Assembly: GCA_040753455.1 (NCBI GenBank)
Contig: JBFMEL010000001.1
Coordinates: 5,810 to 69,809, forward strand
Direction: 5' to 3'
Origin: Thermoplasmatota archaeon
GTDB taxonomy: Archaea > Thermoplasmatota > Thermoplasmata > SG8-5 > JACRNV01
DNA: 64,000 nt
Part shown: in pieces, positions 9,359 through 18,569 of the stretch
How the letters are laid out: every line of letters begins with the position of its first letter
How positions within the stretch are numbered: position 1 is the first letter of the stretch
Notes under the pieces: model-generated
The model's input: only the letters and a program-made list of their open reading frames with translations
Databases searched by the model: none
What the model was told of the DNA's origin: nothing
Position numbers and translations under genes: made by a program

Positions 9359-10378
9359 ATGGGGCTCGACATCAAGGGGATTGTAGAAGGCGAGCCGAGG
9401 GAGCTCTCGGACTTCAAAGGGCGCAGGATCGCCATCGATGCATACAACGCGCTCTATCAGTTCTTATCCAGCATAAGGCAGCCTGATGGCACACACCTCC
9501 TATCCCCGGATGGAAAGGTGACTTCGCACCTCGCAGGGCTCCTCTATCGAAGCACGAGCCTGGCGGAGGCTGGAATGTGGGCTGTCTATGTCTTTGATGG
9601 TGAGCCGCATCCGCTGAAATCCTCGACGATCGAGGGCAGAAGGCAGAGACGCCAGGAGGCAGAGGCGGAATGGCACGCAGCGCTCGAGGAGGGGGACATG
9701 GAGCGGGCGAGGACAAAGGCGATGCAGAGCACACGCCTCACTAGCGCAATGGTGGAGGAGGCAGTGGCACTGCTGGATGCGCTCGGGATACCGCACGTGC
9801 ACGCACCCGGTGAGGGAGAGGCTCAGGCGAGCCACATGGCATCCAAGGGCGATGTCTGGGCTGCGGCGTCGCAGGACTACGACAGCCTTCTGTTCGGCAC
9901 CCCCAGATTGGTCAGGAACCTCACGATCAGCGGCAGGCGCAAGGTCCCCAGGCGGAACATCTATGTCTCTGTGCAGCCGGAGATGGTGGAGAGCAAGGGC
10001 GTTCTCGATGCGCTGGGGATCACGCGGGAACAGCTGGTGGACCTCGGCATCCTGGTGGGCACTGATTTCAATGCAGGGCTCAAGGCCATAGGTCCGAAGA
10101 AGGCGCTGAAGATGATAAGGGAGTTCGGCAGCGCCGAGAAGGTGCTCAGCGCAAGAGGGTATGAGATCCCAGCCCTAGATACCGTGCGCGAGCTCTTTCT
10201 TCATCCCCAGGTCACGGATGATTACATCCTCAGGTGGCGACCGCCTGATCGCAATCGAGTGCTGGAGTTCCTGTGCGAAGCCCGCGGCTTTTCGAAAACG
10301 CGCGTAGAGGCTGCTGTGGAAAAGATAGCGGCAGTGGAGAGGACAGGGGCACAGAAAAGCCTAGATGCATGGTGCTAG
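9359..10378 (+). CDS. fen: Flap endonuclease 1 (XPG/Rad2 family)
   Basis: MGLDIKGIVEG...IAIDAYNALYQFL and the H3TH region. Start assigned to the internal ATG at 9359. Confidence 0.9.
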   Translation: MGLDIKGIVEGEPRELSDFKGRRIAIDAYNALYQFLSSIRQPDGTHLLSPDGKVTSHLAGLLYRSTSLAEAGMWAVYVFDGEPHPLKSSTIEGRRQRRQEAEAEWHAALEEGDMERARTKAMQSTRLTSAMVEEAVALLDALGIPHVHAPGEGEAQASHMASKGDVWAAASQDYDSLLFGTPRLVRNLTISGRRKVPRRNIYVSVQPEMVESKGVLDALGITREQLVDLGILVGTDFNAGLKAIGPKKALKMIREFGSAEKVLSARGYEIPALDTVRELFLHPQVTDDYILRWRPPDRNRVLEFLCEARGFSKTRVEAAVEKIAAVERTGAQKSLDAWC

Positions 10379-11221
10379 CATTCGTGCTATGATCTCATCC
10401 ACCGCCCCCTCCCCAAGCCCGACCAGCGGATAAAACACAGAGATCTGCCCTTTGAGAGGTGCTTCCAGCGCCCTTCGCATGTCCCAGCCCACCACTATTC
10501 CATGTGCCCTCAACTTCCGCGCGAGCGCCCATGGGTTCTCAGGCCATGGCAGTCTCCTCAACCCTGGTATCCAAGGTCTCAGCAGCTCCGCAGCACCTTC
10601 CTCCCGCTCCGCACATACGGGTGTGCAGCCGCGCTTTGCCAGGAGCCAGGCTGCTGCCGCATCCCTCTCGTCCTCCACAAGCGCAAGCACGCGCCCCTGC
10701 GTGCCGAGCGGCAGTCCGCCAGGACCTTTGAAGACCTCTGTGTAGAAGTAAGCAAGGTTCTGCCTCACCTCCACGAAGAGCTCGAGATCAGGCTGGGTGA
10801 GGTCCACGTGCACCCCTCTGCCTCTGTACGCGCTCAGCAGCGCAGTGCCCAGGGCTCTTGCCACGTCCATGCTCGTGAAAGGATGCTGCCCTGTCCTTGT
10901 GGCTCTCACAGCGAACCCCACCCCCTCGCGCATCAGGGGCTCGAAGAGCTCCACTGCCTTCTCTTCCAAGCTCCTCAGGTCCGCAGAGAGTTCGACCGCA
11001 GGGCTGAAGGAGACTATCCCGAAGGTATGGGAGAATATCTTTTTCGCATCCTCGAGATCATCCATGCTCACGAAGATGCGCCCCCTCTCCGTCCTGGTCA
11101 AACACTCCACCCCTTCCATGAGACACCTCTCGTGTATGTTGGCTACCAGTGTCTGCTCGAACCTGCGCCTCACCCTCGGGCTCTTGAGCCCCACTTCCCC
11201 GTATCTGAGGAGGAACAGCGT
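10361..11221 (-). CDS. THUMP-domain ThiI-like protein with an apparently degenerate PP-loop
   Basis: N-terminal MTLFLLRYGEVGLKS resembles the ThiI/THUMP start. The expected SGGxDS position reads VEDERD. Start set at the internal Met. Confidence 0.55.
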   Translation of the reverse strand, partial: TLFLLRYGEVGLKSPRVRRRFEQTLVANIHERCLMEGVECLTRTERGRIFVSMDDLEDAKKIFSHTFGIVSFSPAVELSADLRSLEEKAVELFEPLMREGVGFAVRATRTGQHPFTSMDVARALGTALLSAYRGRGVHVDLTQPDLELFVEVRQNLAYFYTEVFKGPGGLPLGTQGRVLALVEDERDAAAAWLLAKRGCTPVCAEREEGAAELLRPWIPGLRRLPWPENPWALARKLRAHGIVVGWDMRRALEAPLKGQISVFYPLVGLGEGAVDEIIARMLAPCI

Positions 11222-11301
11222 CATCGAGCAGCCCATGTCGAAACCAGATATAAGGTTGGCGCACCGTTTTATATCTGCAGCCTCTTCGCCCTCTGATCTC
11301 G

Positions 11302-12642
11302 ATGTCCCCCGATGTGAATCCCGCACTGCGCCTGCGGAGCATAGAGCTCAGCCCAGAGATGGACGGCAGGGAGGTGGTGATCGCAGGATGGGTTCAGGAC
11401 GTGCGAAACCTGGGCGGCATCTCCTTCATCCAGCTCAGGGACAGGGGCGGGGTGGTGCAGGTGACAGCACCGAGGAAGAAGGTGCCCATAGAGATCTTCA
11501 AGGCGCTCTCCGCCCTGCCGCGCGAGAGCGTCATCGCAATAAAAGGGGTGCTGAGGGCGAACAAAGAAGCCCGCGCAGGCTTCGAGGTCATCCCCTCCGC
11601 AATGGATGTGCTGAGCATTGCTGACGCTCCCCTTCCCATGGGGGTCATAGACAAAGTGGGCGTGGATCTCGATACAAGGCTGAACAACAGGTTCATGGAC
11701 CTCAGGCGCGAGCATGTCGCAGCCATCTTCAGAATAAGGGACTGCCTCCTTTCCTCGTGCAGGGAGTTCCTCTCAGAGGAAGGGTTCGTAGAGATCCATA
11801 CCCCTAAGATCGTGGGCGCGGGAGCAGAGGGCGGTGCCACCCTCTTCCCGATCTCATACTTCGGCAGGGAGGCGTACCTTGCCCAGAGCCCGCAACTCTA
11901 CAAGCAGAGCCTGATGGCATCAGGGTTCGAAAGAGTCTACGAGATCGCGCCCGCATACAGGGCAGAGAAGAGCGACACAGTGCGGCACCTCGCAGAGTTC
12001 CTTTCCCTGGACATGGAGATGGCGTTCATCAAGGGTCCTGAGGACATAATGAAGATGACCGAGCGCCTGACGGATCATGCGATGCGAGGGGTGGAGGGCA
12101 GATGCGCCAGAGAGCTGGCGCTTCTCAATGTGACACTGCCTGAGCAGCGCCCACCGTTTCCCAGGCTCTCATATGATGAGTGCATCTCCATGCTCCGCGC
12201 TGCGGGCAGGGATGTGCCTCCAGGGGTGGAGATAGACACAGAGAACGAAAAGCTGCTGGCAGAGCTCCTCAGGACTGAGTATGGTGCAAGGCACTTCTTC
12301 ATCACGGATTTCCCCACTGAGCTCAAGCACGGCACGTTCTACGCGATGAGGAGAGACGAAGACCCGAGGCTCACATGCTACTTCGATCTCGAGTTCGACG
12401 GCGAGGAGCTGGTCTCAGGGGGTCAGAGGGAGCACAGGTACGATGTGCTCGTTCGCCAGATACAAGAGGCGGGACTGGATCCCAGCGCCTTCGAGTTCTA
12501 CCTCAATGCGTTCAGATACGGGATGCCTCCCCATGGCGGCATAGGGATGGGGATCGAGCGGTTCCTGCACGTGCTCCTGCGTCTGCCGAACATCAGGGAG
12601 TGCGTGTTGTTCCCCAGGGACAGGACGCGGCTGGTGCCTTAG
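11302..12642 (+). CDS. aspS: Aspartyl-tRNA synthetase (archaeal class II, possibly non-discriminating)
   Basis: Class II motif 3 GMPPHGGIGMGIERF, motif 2 FRAE, and an N-terminal OB fold. Confidence 0.9.
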   Translation: MSPDVNPALRLRSIELSPEMDGREVVIAGWVQDVRNLGGISFIQLRDRGGVVQVTAPRKKVPIEIFKALSALPRESVIAIKGVLRANKEARAGFEVIPSAMDVLSIADAPLPMGVIDKVGVDLDTRLNNRFMDLRREHVAAIFRIRDCLLSSCREFLSEEGFVEIHTPKIVGAGAEGGATLFPISYFGREAYLAQSPQLYKQSLMASGFERVYEIAPAYRAEKSDTVRHLAEFLSLDMEMAFIKGPEDIMKMTERLTDHAMRGVEGRCARELALLNVTLPEQRPPFPRLSYDECISMLRAAGRDVPPGVEIDTENEKLLAELLRTEYGARHFFITDFPTELKHGTFYAMRRDEDPRLTCYFDLEFDGEELVSGGQREHRYDVLVRQIQEAGLDPSAFEFYLNAFRYGMPPHGGIGMGIERFLHVLLRLPNIRECVLFPRDRTRLVP

Positions 12643-12739
12643 CACCCACGGGATGGACGAGCGCCCTGAGGTGCAGATGCGCTGTGACCGGGGCATGACA
12701 GCTTCCATTCGAAAAGAAGATATCTGTGATCCTCTTTAG

Positions 12740-14455
12740 GTGCGAGCATGCAAAGGAGACCAGGAACGCTGCAGGAGGCAGCGGCAAAAGCCCTGGCTCA
12801 ACACCCCTACGGAGGGTGGTAAATTGGTAGAAGCGCTGTTTAGAATCCCTAAGCCAGAGAACGAACCTGTCCTCTCGTATGCTCCAGGCACGAAGGAGAG
12901 GGCAGAGCTGAAGAAGAAGATAGAGGAGCTGAGGAGCAAGGAGATAGAGATACCCCTGATCATCGGTGGCAAGGAGGTCAGGACAGGGAGGACGGGAGAA
13001 TGCAGGTGCCCCCATGACCATGCTCATCTCATAGGCAGGTATCACCAGGCAGGGGAGGATGAGATTGCCCAAGCTATTGACAGCGCGCTTGAAGTTAGGG
13101 AGAGATGGGCAGCGATGGAGTGGTACCAGAGGGCTTCGATCTTCCTCAAGGCTGCTGACCTGCTCAGCGGTCCGTACAGGCAGATATTGAACGCTGCCGC
13201 GATGCTCTGCCAGAGCAAGAACGTCTTTCAGGCGGAGATCGATGCTGTGTGCGAGCTCATAGACTTCTGGAGGTTCAACGCATACTACATGCAGGAGATA
13301 TACGAGCAGCAGCCCGAGTCTGCGAAGGGTATGTGGAACAGGATACAGCACCGCCCGCTCGAAGGTTTTGTATTCGCAGTCACGCCCTTCAACTTCACAT
13401 CGATAGGGGGCAACCTGCCCACCGCCCCGGCGCTCATGGGCAACGTGGCAGTATGGAAGCCCGCCTCATCCGCTGTGTACTCCAACTACTTCGTGATGGA
13501 GGTGCTGAGGAGCGCTGGGCTACCGGGAGGTGTCATAAACTTCGTGCCCGGTCCAGGCTCAAAGGTCGGACCGATCGCGCTCAGGCACCCAGCACTGGCG
13601 GGGGTGCACTTCACGGGAAGCACCTCAACGTTCCAAGAGATGTGGAGGACGATCGGGCAGCACATCGCCAGCTACCGCTCGTATCCCAGGATCGTTGGTG
13701 AGACAGGCGGCAAGGACTTCGTCTTCGTGCACAGCAGCGCAGACATAGAGGAAGTGGTGGTTGGGTTGATAAGGGGTGCATTCGAATATCAAGGACAGAA
13801 GTGCTCTGCAGCCTCCCGTGCATATATCCCCAGCTCGATGTGGCCAAAGTTGAAGCACCGGCTGCTCGACGAGATCGCCAGGATCAAGATGGGCGGGGTG
13901 GAGGACTTCACCAACCTCATGAACGCCGTGATAGACAGGGCTGCATACGACAACATCGTGAGATACATCGAGCACGCGAAGAAGGCTGAGGACGCAGAGG
14001 TGATCGCAGGCGGCGGGTATGATGACAGCAAGGGATACTTCATCGAGCCCACGGTGATCCTCACCACGAACCCGCAGTTCCGCACGATGCAGGAGGAGAT
14101 CTTCGGTCCTGTGCTGACCGTCTATGTTTATGCTGATGAGAAATACGAAGAGACGCTGAGGCTGTGCGACACCACCTCTCCGTACGGGCTCACTGGCGCG
14201 ATCTTCGCCAAGGACAGGTACGCCATAGCCGAGGGTGAGAGGGCGCTGGTTAACTCTGCTGGAAACTTCTACATCAACGACAAGCCCACGGGCGCAGTGG
14301 TGAACCAGCAGCCGTTCGGCGGCGCAAGAGCCTCGGGCACGAACGACAAAGCAGGCTCGATCCTCAATCTCTTGAGATGGGTCTCGCAGCGCACCCTCAA
14401 GGAGACCTTCGTCCCGCCCAAGGACTGGCGCTATCCCTTCATGGGTGAGAAGTAA
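12740..14455 (+). CDS. rocA: Delta-1-pyrroline-5-carboxylate dehydrogenase (aldehyde dehydrogenase family)
   Basis: ALDH catalytic motifs FEYQGQKCSAASR and GETGGKDF. An alternative TTG start at 12824 has a GGAGGG RBS. Confidence 0.8.
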   Translation: MRACKGDQERCRRQRQKPWLNTPTEGGKLVEALFRIPKPENEPVLSYAPGTKERAELKKKIEELRSKEIEIPLIIGGKEVRTGRTGECRCPHDHAHLIGRYHQAGEDEIAQAIDSALEVRERWAAMEWYQRASIFLKAADLLSGPYRQILNAAAMLCQSKNVFQAEIDAVCELIDFWRFNAYYMQEIYEQQPESAKGMWNRIQHRPLEGFVFAVTPFNFTSIGGNLPTAPALMGNVAVWKPASSAVYSNYFVMEVLRSAGLPGGVINFVPGPGSKVGPIALRHPALAGVHFTGSTSTFQEMWRTIGQHIASYRSYPRIVGETGGKDFVFVHSSADIEEVVVGLIRGAFEYQGQKCSAASRAYIPSSMWPKLKHRLLDEIARIKMGGVEDFTNLMNAVIDRAAYDNIVRYIEHAKKAEDAEVIAGGGYDDSKGYFIEPTVILTTNPQFRTMQEEIFGPVLTVYVYADEKYEETLRLCDTTSPYGLTGAIFAKDRYAIAEGERALVNSAGNFYINDKPTGAVVNQQPFGGARASGTNDKAGSILNLLRWVSQRTLKETFVPPKDWRYPFMGEK

Positions 14456-14602
14456 GCGCGATTGGTAGGGGCAACCCCTACCGTTCTCTCTGCTGTTCTT
14501 GGGTTGTGTTTGGAGAAAACCACTTCGCAGAGACTATCTCATCGAGCGCACCCTCGATCAGATAGCGCCATCTTTATATCGGCAGGTGTCCTTTCCTCTC
14601 TC

Positions 14603-15112
14603 ATGTCCTCCGGTGCGCTCCTGGGGCGCTTCCAGCCGATCCATAAGGGACACCTGTGGGTGCTGCGCAAGCTCCTCTCTGAGTGTGATGAGGCGATAGT
14701 GGTGATAGGCAGCGCGCAGGCAAGCCATGAGCCTGACAATCCCTTCTCCGCAGGGGAGCGCTACGAGATGGTGAGGGCATGCCTCTCCAAAGAGGAGATG
14801 GCAAGGGTTGCGATCGTGCCGTTGGAGGACCTGAACCGCTACCCGCTGTGGGCGGCGCACGTGCGCTCCCGCTGCCCTTCGTTCCAGAGGGTCTATACCC
14901 GCAACCCGCTCACCGCCGCGCTGTTCAGAGATGCTGGCTACGAGGTCGTGGAGCACGAGCACCACCGCAAGGAGCTGTACTCCGGCACAGAGGTCAGGCG
15001 CAGGATGATCGCCGCAGAGCCCTGGAAAGAGCTGGTGCCCCCGGGGGCTGTGCAGGTCATCGAGAGGATCAGGGGCGAGGAGAGGGTGAGGAGGCTTGCC
15101 ATCCGCAGTTGA
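14603..15112 (+). CDS. nadM: Nicotinamide-nucleotide adenylyltransferase (archaeal NadM type)
   Basis: GRFQPIHKGH signature, the archaeal NMNAT H/TxGH motif. Start at the internal ATG 14603. Confidence 0.8.
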   Translation: MSSGALLGRFQPIHKGHLWVLRKLLSECDEAIVVIGSAQASHEPDNPFSAGERYEMVRACLSKEEMARVAIVPLEDLNRYPLWAAHVRSRCPSFQRVYTRNPLTAALFRDAGYEVVEHEHHRKELYSGTEVRRRMIAAEPWKELVPPGAVQVIERIRGEERVRRLAIRS

Positions 15113-16229
15113 GGAGCTGGTAAATCTTTTGCGCTCTAAAGGGATGCGAATAGCAGTGGCTGAATCTTGCACTGGTGGACTCCTCTCAAAGATGATCGTG
15201 GATGTGCCTGGGGCATCGCGCTGCCACATGGGAGGCGTGGTCGCATATCACAACGATGCCAAGACAGCACTCTTGGGGGTGAGGTCTGCCACCCTGGAGG
15301 AGCATGGTGCAGTATCCCCAGAGACAGCGATCGAGATGGCGGAGGGCGCAGCACTGAGGTTCAGGACTGAAGTGGGTGTCGGCACCACAGGCATCATGGG
15401 TCCCGAGGGCGGGAGCGCGGAAAAGCCTGTGGGACTGGGGTACGCAGCAGTGTGCATCAGAGGGACTGCCCATTCCAAAGAACTGAGGCTTCAGGGCAGC
15501 AGGTGGGAGAAGATGCAAGCGCTTGCCGGCGCAGCACTGCAGATGGCGCTCGAAGAGATCGAGGGACTGCCTGCGACCCCCGGGCACACCCGCGTGTTTA
15601 GAATCGGAGTGCTGGCTTCAGGAGGCGGCACAGACCTCCAGAGCATACTAGATGCATGTGAATCAGGCTACATACCAGGGAGGGTGGTCGTGGTCGTGAG
15701 CAACAACCCAGATGCGTATGCGCTGGAAAGAGCTAAAAAGCATGGTGCTGAAGCGCTTTTCATAGACCACAGGGGCAAAGAGCGGGTGGAGCACGAGCGC
15801 GAGGTCTGCGACGCCCTACAAAACTATGGGGTGGAGCTGATCGTGCTGGCGGGATACATGCGCATGCTCACACCATACTTCGTGGAGCGGTTCAGGAATA
15901 GGATCATCAACATCCATCCTGCGCTGCTCCCCCTCTTCGGAGGCAAGGGGATGCACGGGCTCCATGTGCATCAGGCTGTGCTGGATGCAGGATGCAAGCT
16001 CTCGGGCTGCAGCGTGCACTTCGTGGACGAGAGGATCGATGGCGGGCCGATCATAGCGCAAAGGTGTGTGGAAGTGAGGGATGGGGATACACCAGAGACC
16101 CTTGCAGCAAGGGTGCTGGAGCAGGAGCACATCCTCCTGCCCTGGGTGGTGAGGATGTTCGCAGAGGACAGAGTGCGCCTGGAGGGCAGGAAGGTGAGGA
16201 TAATCGAGGGCGAGAGATCCCAGCCCTGA
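15096..16229 (+). CDS. Fusion protein: N-terminal CinA-C/PncC (NMN deamidase) domain plus C-terminal PurN (phosphoribosylglycinamide formyltransferase) domain
   Basis: N-terminal IAVAESCTGGLLS (CinA C-terminal domain). C-terminal VLASGGGTDLQ...INIHPALLP...GCSVHFVDE..IDGGPII (PurN/formyl-transferase). TTG start with a GAGGAGG RBS. Confidence 0.7.
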   Translation: MPSAVEELVNLLRSKGMRIAVAESCTGGLLSKMIVDVPGASRCHMGGVVAYHNDAKTALLGVRSATLEEHGAVSPETAIEMAEGAALRFRTEVGVGTTGIMGPEGGSAEKPVGLGYAAVCIRGTAHSKELRLQGSRWEKMQALAGAALQMALEEIEGLPATPGHTRVFRIGVLASGGGTDLQSILDACESGYIPGRVVVVVSNNPDAYALERAKKHGAEALFIDHRGKERVEHEREVCDALQNYGVELIVLAGYMRMLTPYFVERFRNRIINIHPALLPLFGGKGMHGLHVHQAVLDAGCKLSGCSVHFVDERIDGGPIIAQRCVEVRDGDTPETLAARVLEQEHILLPWVVRMFAEDRVRLEGRKVRIIEGERSQP

Positions 16230-16498
16230 GAAGAGAACGATAAGTTCGACCACGAGCGAATGGGTGTATCGAAGATTGGGTGATGCACCAAATTATACGC
16301 TTAATGATGACTGGCTTCACAAATAATAGCCAGAGGTAATTATGTGGTATATTCAAGGTCACTATCGAAAATTGTAATATCCGCAGACTAAATGACCTGA
16401 GTTTCCAGACCTTGGGCTGAGGATATAACCTGGCACAGTGCGCGCTTACGCCTAAGCGACATCTTAATAATCAATATAGGGATAGGGGGGGCGGTACG

Positions 16499-18418
16499 AT
16501 GGAACAGCAGACGGTAGCACTGATGCGGCTCGGTAAGAGTTCGATAGCGCTGGCTGTCCCTCCGTGGATCGTAGAAAAACTAAGGCTGGAGAAGGGCGCA
16601 GGTGTATATGTCTCGTGGGACAAGAGAAGCGGTAGGATAGCAGTCGAACCTGTCCATCGCGCAAAGGAAAGGCGCCCTCATGGCTACTGGAAGAACAAGG
16701 AGCACAGGATAAGGGCTGTGAGAGAGATGGTAGAAAAGACAGGGCTGCCGCCCTCGCGGATCACGGCCAAAGAGTTCATAGCAGCGGGTCTCCAGGCGGT
16801 CATCCACCACTGCGGTAACTCCCCTATACGGGCGCTGGAAGAGGCGGGCTACACCATTGCATATTATGGACCCGGCAAGAAGAAGCAGGTGCCACAGCGT
16901 CATTGGGACAAGCGAGAGAACAGGATAGCAGCGGTGAGGTGGCTGGTTGAACACCTCGGAAAGGCGCCCTCCCAGGTGACGGTGGATGATTTCCGGGAGT
17001 GCGAGCTCACCGGCCTCTTCGATCGCCGCATGACTGTGAGGGCAGCACTGCGGGAGGCGGGATACGATGTGCCCACCTGGCACAAGGCACCGCCCCATTA
17101 CTGGGACGACCGTGAACATAGGGTGAGGGCGATCAGGCGGATGGTGCAGCTTACTGGGGGACGTCCAGAGGCTATTACAAACAAGACGTTCAGGGCGTTC
17201 CACCTCACGGGTGTGCTCAGCCAATATTACAGGTCGATACGCAATGCCCTGAAAGACGCTGGTTATAGGGTCGAAGAGTTCTCAAAAAGGCCGCAGGGGT
17301 TCTGGCATCACCGCAAAAACAGGATCGAAGCGGTGCGCGAGATGGTGACGCGCTCCGGGAAGCCCATAGAAGAGATCACGGTGAACGATTTTCGTGAGGC
17401 TGGGATCATGTGCGTGATAAATGTATGCGGTTCCATACTAGCGGCTCTCGGTGAGGCAGGATATGCGATGAAGCCCTGGGAGCGGAGACCGATGCCCACG
17501 AGTTCTTGGCAGAGCAAAGAGCACAGGGTTGCAGCCACCAGATGGCTCGTGGAAAAGATTGGAAAAAAGCCGCTAGAGATCAACCAACGGGATTTCATGT
17601 CGCATGGTCTGGGGCGCCTGCTCAAAGCATACAGCAGAGAGCGCTGCGCCTCTTACGAGAGGGGGGATCTTTTCACAGATGAGCCGGGATACCTCCTCAA
17701 ATATCCCACACGGGTGACGAGGGCGCTCGTCGAAGCAGGTTTTGATATCAAGATCGAGGACCTTGCCGGCGCCCGGCGTTGGAAAGGGGGCGGGATCTCT
17801 AGGTACTGGAAGGAAAGGGAGCGCAGGATCGCAGTGATAAGAAAGGTGGTGGACGAGCTCGGCGATCCACGAAAGGTCTCAAGGCGTCATTTCATAGAGA
17901 GGGGGGTCACAGGGCTGCTGAAGTACTACGCCTCGTTGGAAGAGGCATTAAAAGATGCGGGATATCCACTGCACCCATGGGAACGTTCTCGGGTACCAAA
18001 CAGGTACTGGCTGGCGAGAGAGAACAGGATCAAGGCTGTCAGGTGGCTCGTCGAAAAGATCGGTGGCAACCCTCGAAAGATCATGAGGAGGGATTTCAGA
18101 GAGGCTGGGATAGAGGGGCTCCTCTCCCCTGCGGGCGGCGTACTCGGAGCTGTAAAGGAAGCGGGCTATGACCTGAAACCATGGGAATATGAGCACATGA
18201 GACCACCGAGAGATACATGGGCATCCAGAGAGAACAGAGCGGCTGCTGTGAAATGGCTGCTGGCGTCCCTGATGAAAGAGCCTTCGGAGGTAAGCAGGCG
18301 AGACTTTCGACTCCTTGGTCTCAGCAGGCTTGCGAACGAGTATGGAATACCGCGCCTTCTCGAAGAAGCAGGCTGCGAGGTAGATCGTGGAATGGGAAGG
18401 AAGGCGCCCGCGTCATAG
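16499..18418 (+). CDS. AbrB/SpoVT-like N-terminal domain protein followed by eight tandem ~66-aa repeats of an uncharacterised module
   Basis: N-terminal MEQQTVALMRLGKSSIALAVPPWIVEKL (swapped-hairpin-like). The repeat consensus is W..ENR..AVRWLVEK.GK.P..I...DF...GL.GLL.....AL.EAGY...PWE. An AT-rich promoter region and a G-rich RBS lie upstream. Confidence 0.7.
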   Translation: MEQQTVALMRLGKSSIALAVPPWIVEKLRLEKGAGVYVSWDKRSGRIAVEPVHRAKERRPHGYWKNKEHRIRAVREMVEKTGLPPSRITAKEFIAAGLQAVIHHCGNSPIRALEEAGYTIAYYGPGKKKQVPQRHWDKRENRIAAVRWLVEHLGKAPSQVTVDDFRECELTGLFDRRMTVRAALREAGYDVPTWHKAPPHYWDDREHRVRAIRRMVQLTGGRPEAITNKTFRAFHLTGVLSQYYRSIRNALKDAGYRVEEFSKRPQGFWHHRKNRIEAVREMVTRSGKPIEEITVNDFREAGIMCVINVCGSILAALGEAGYAMKPWERRPMPTSSWQSKEHRVAATRWLVEKIGKKPLEINQRDFMSHGLGRLLKAYSRERCASYERGDLFTDEPGYLLKYPTRVTRALVEAGFDIKIEDLAGARRWKGGGISRYWKERERRIAVIRKVVDELGDPRKVSRRHFIERGVTGLLKYYASLEEALKDAGYPLHPWERSRVPNRYWLARENRIKAVRWLVEKIGGNPRKIMRRDFREAGIEGLLSPAGGVLGAVKEAGYDLKPWEYEHMRPPRDTWASRENRAAAVKWLLASLMKEPSEVSRRDFRLLGLSRLANEYGIPRLLEEAGCEVDRGMGRKAPAS

Positions 18419-18569
18419 ATTCATTGGGGTGCGTATCAGTGCATCTATGCCCATCCCCATCGCCTGCTCGGCATGAAAGCGCTGGGTCTTCCCAGTGATA
18501 TCGAGATGGGCAGCTCTGCGGCCCCTACACTCGCTTGCCCGGCATGAAAGCGCTGGTCTCCTGTGTGGA

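Noticed and set aside
10502-11624. 264-aa and 275-aa plus-strand ORFs
   Set aside because: Antisense to the THUMP/ThiI-like gene and to the 5' end of aspS. No motifs. Proline/arginine-rich.
16260-16498. Possible mobile element or integration scar (AT-rich island in a GC-rich genome)
   Set aside because: No inverted or direct terminal repeats and no transposase or integrase were seen. It is more simply the promoter/UTR of the AbrB-repeat gene.
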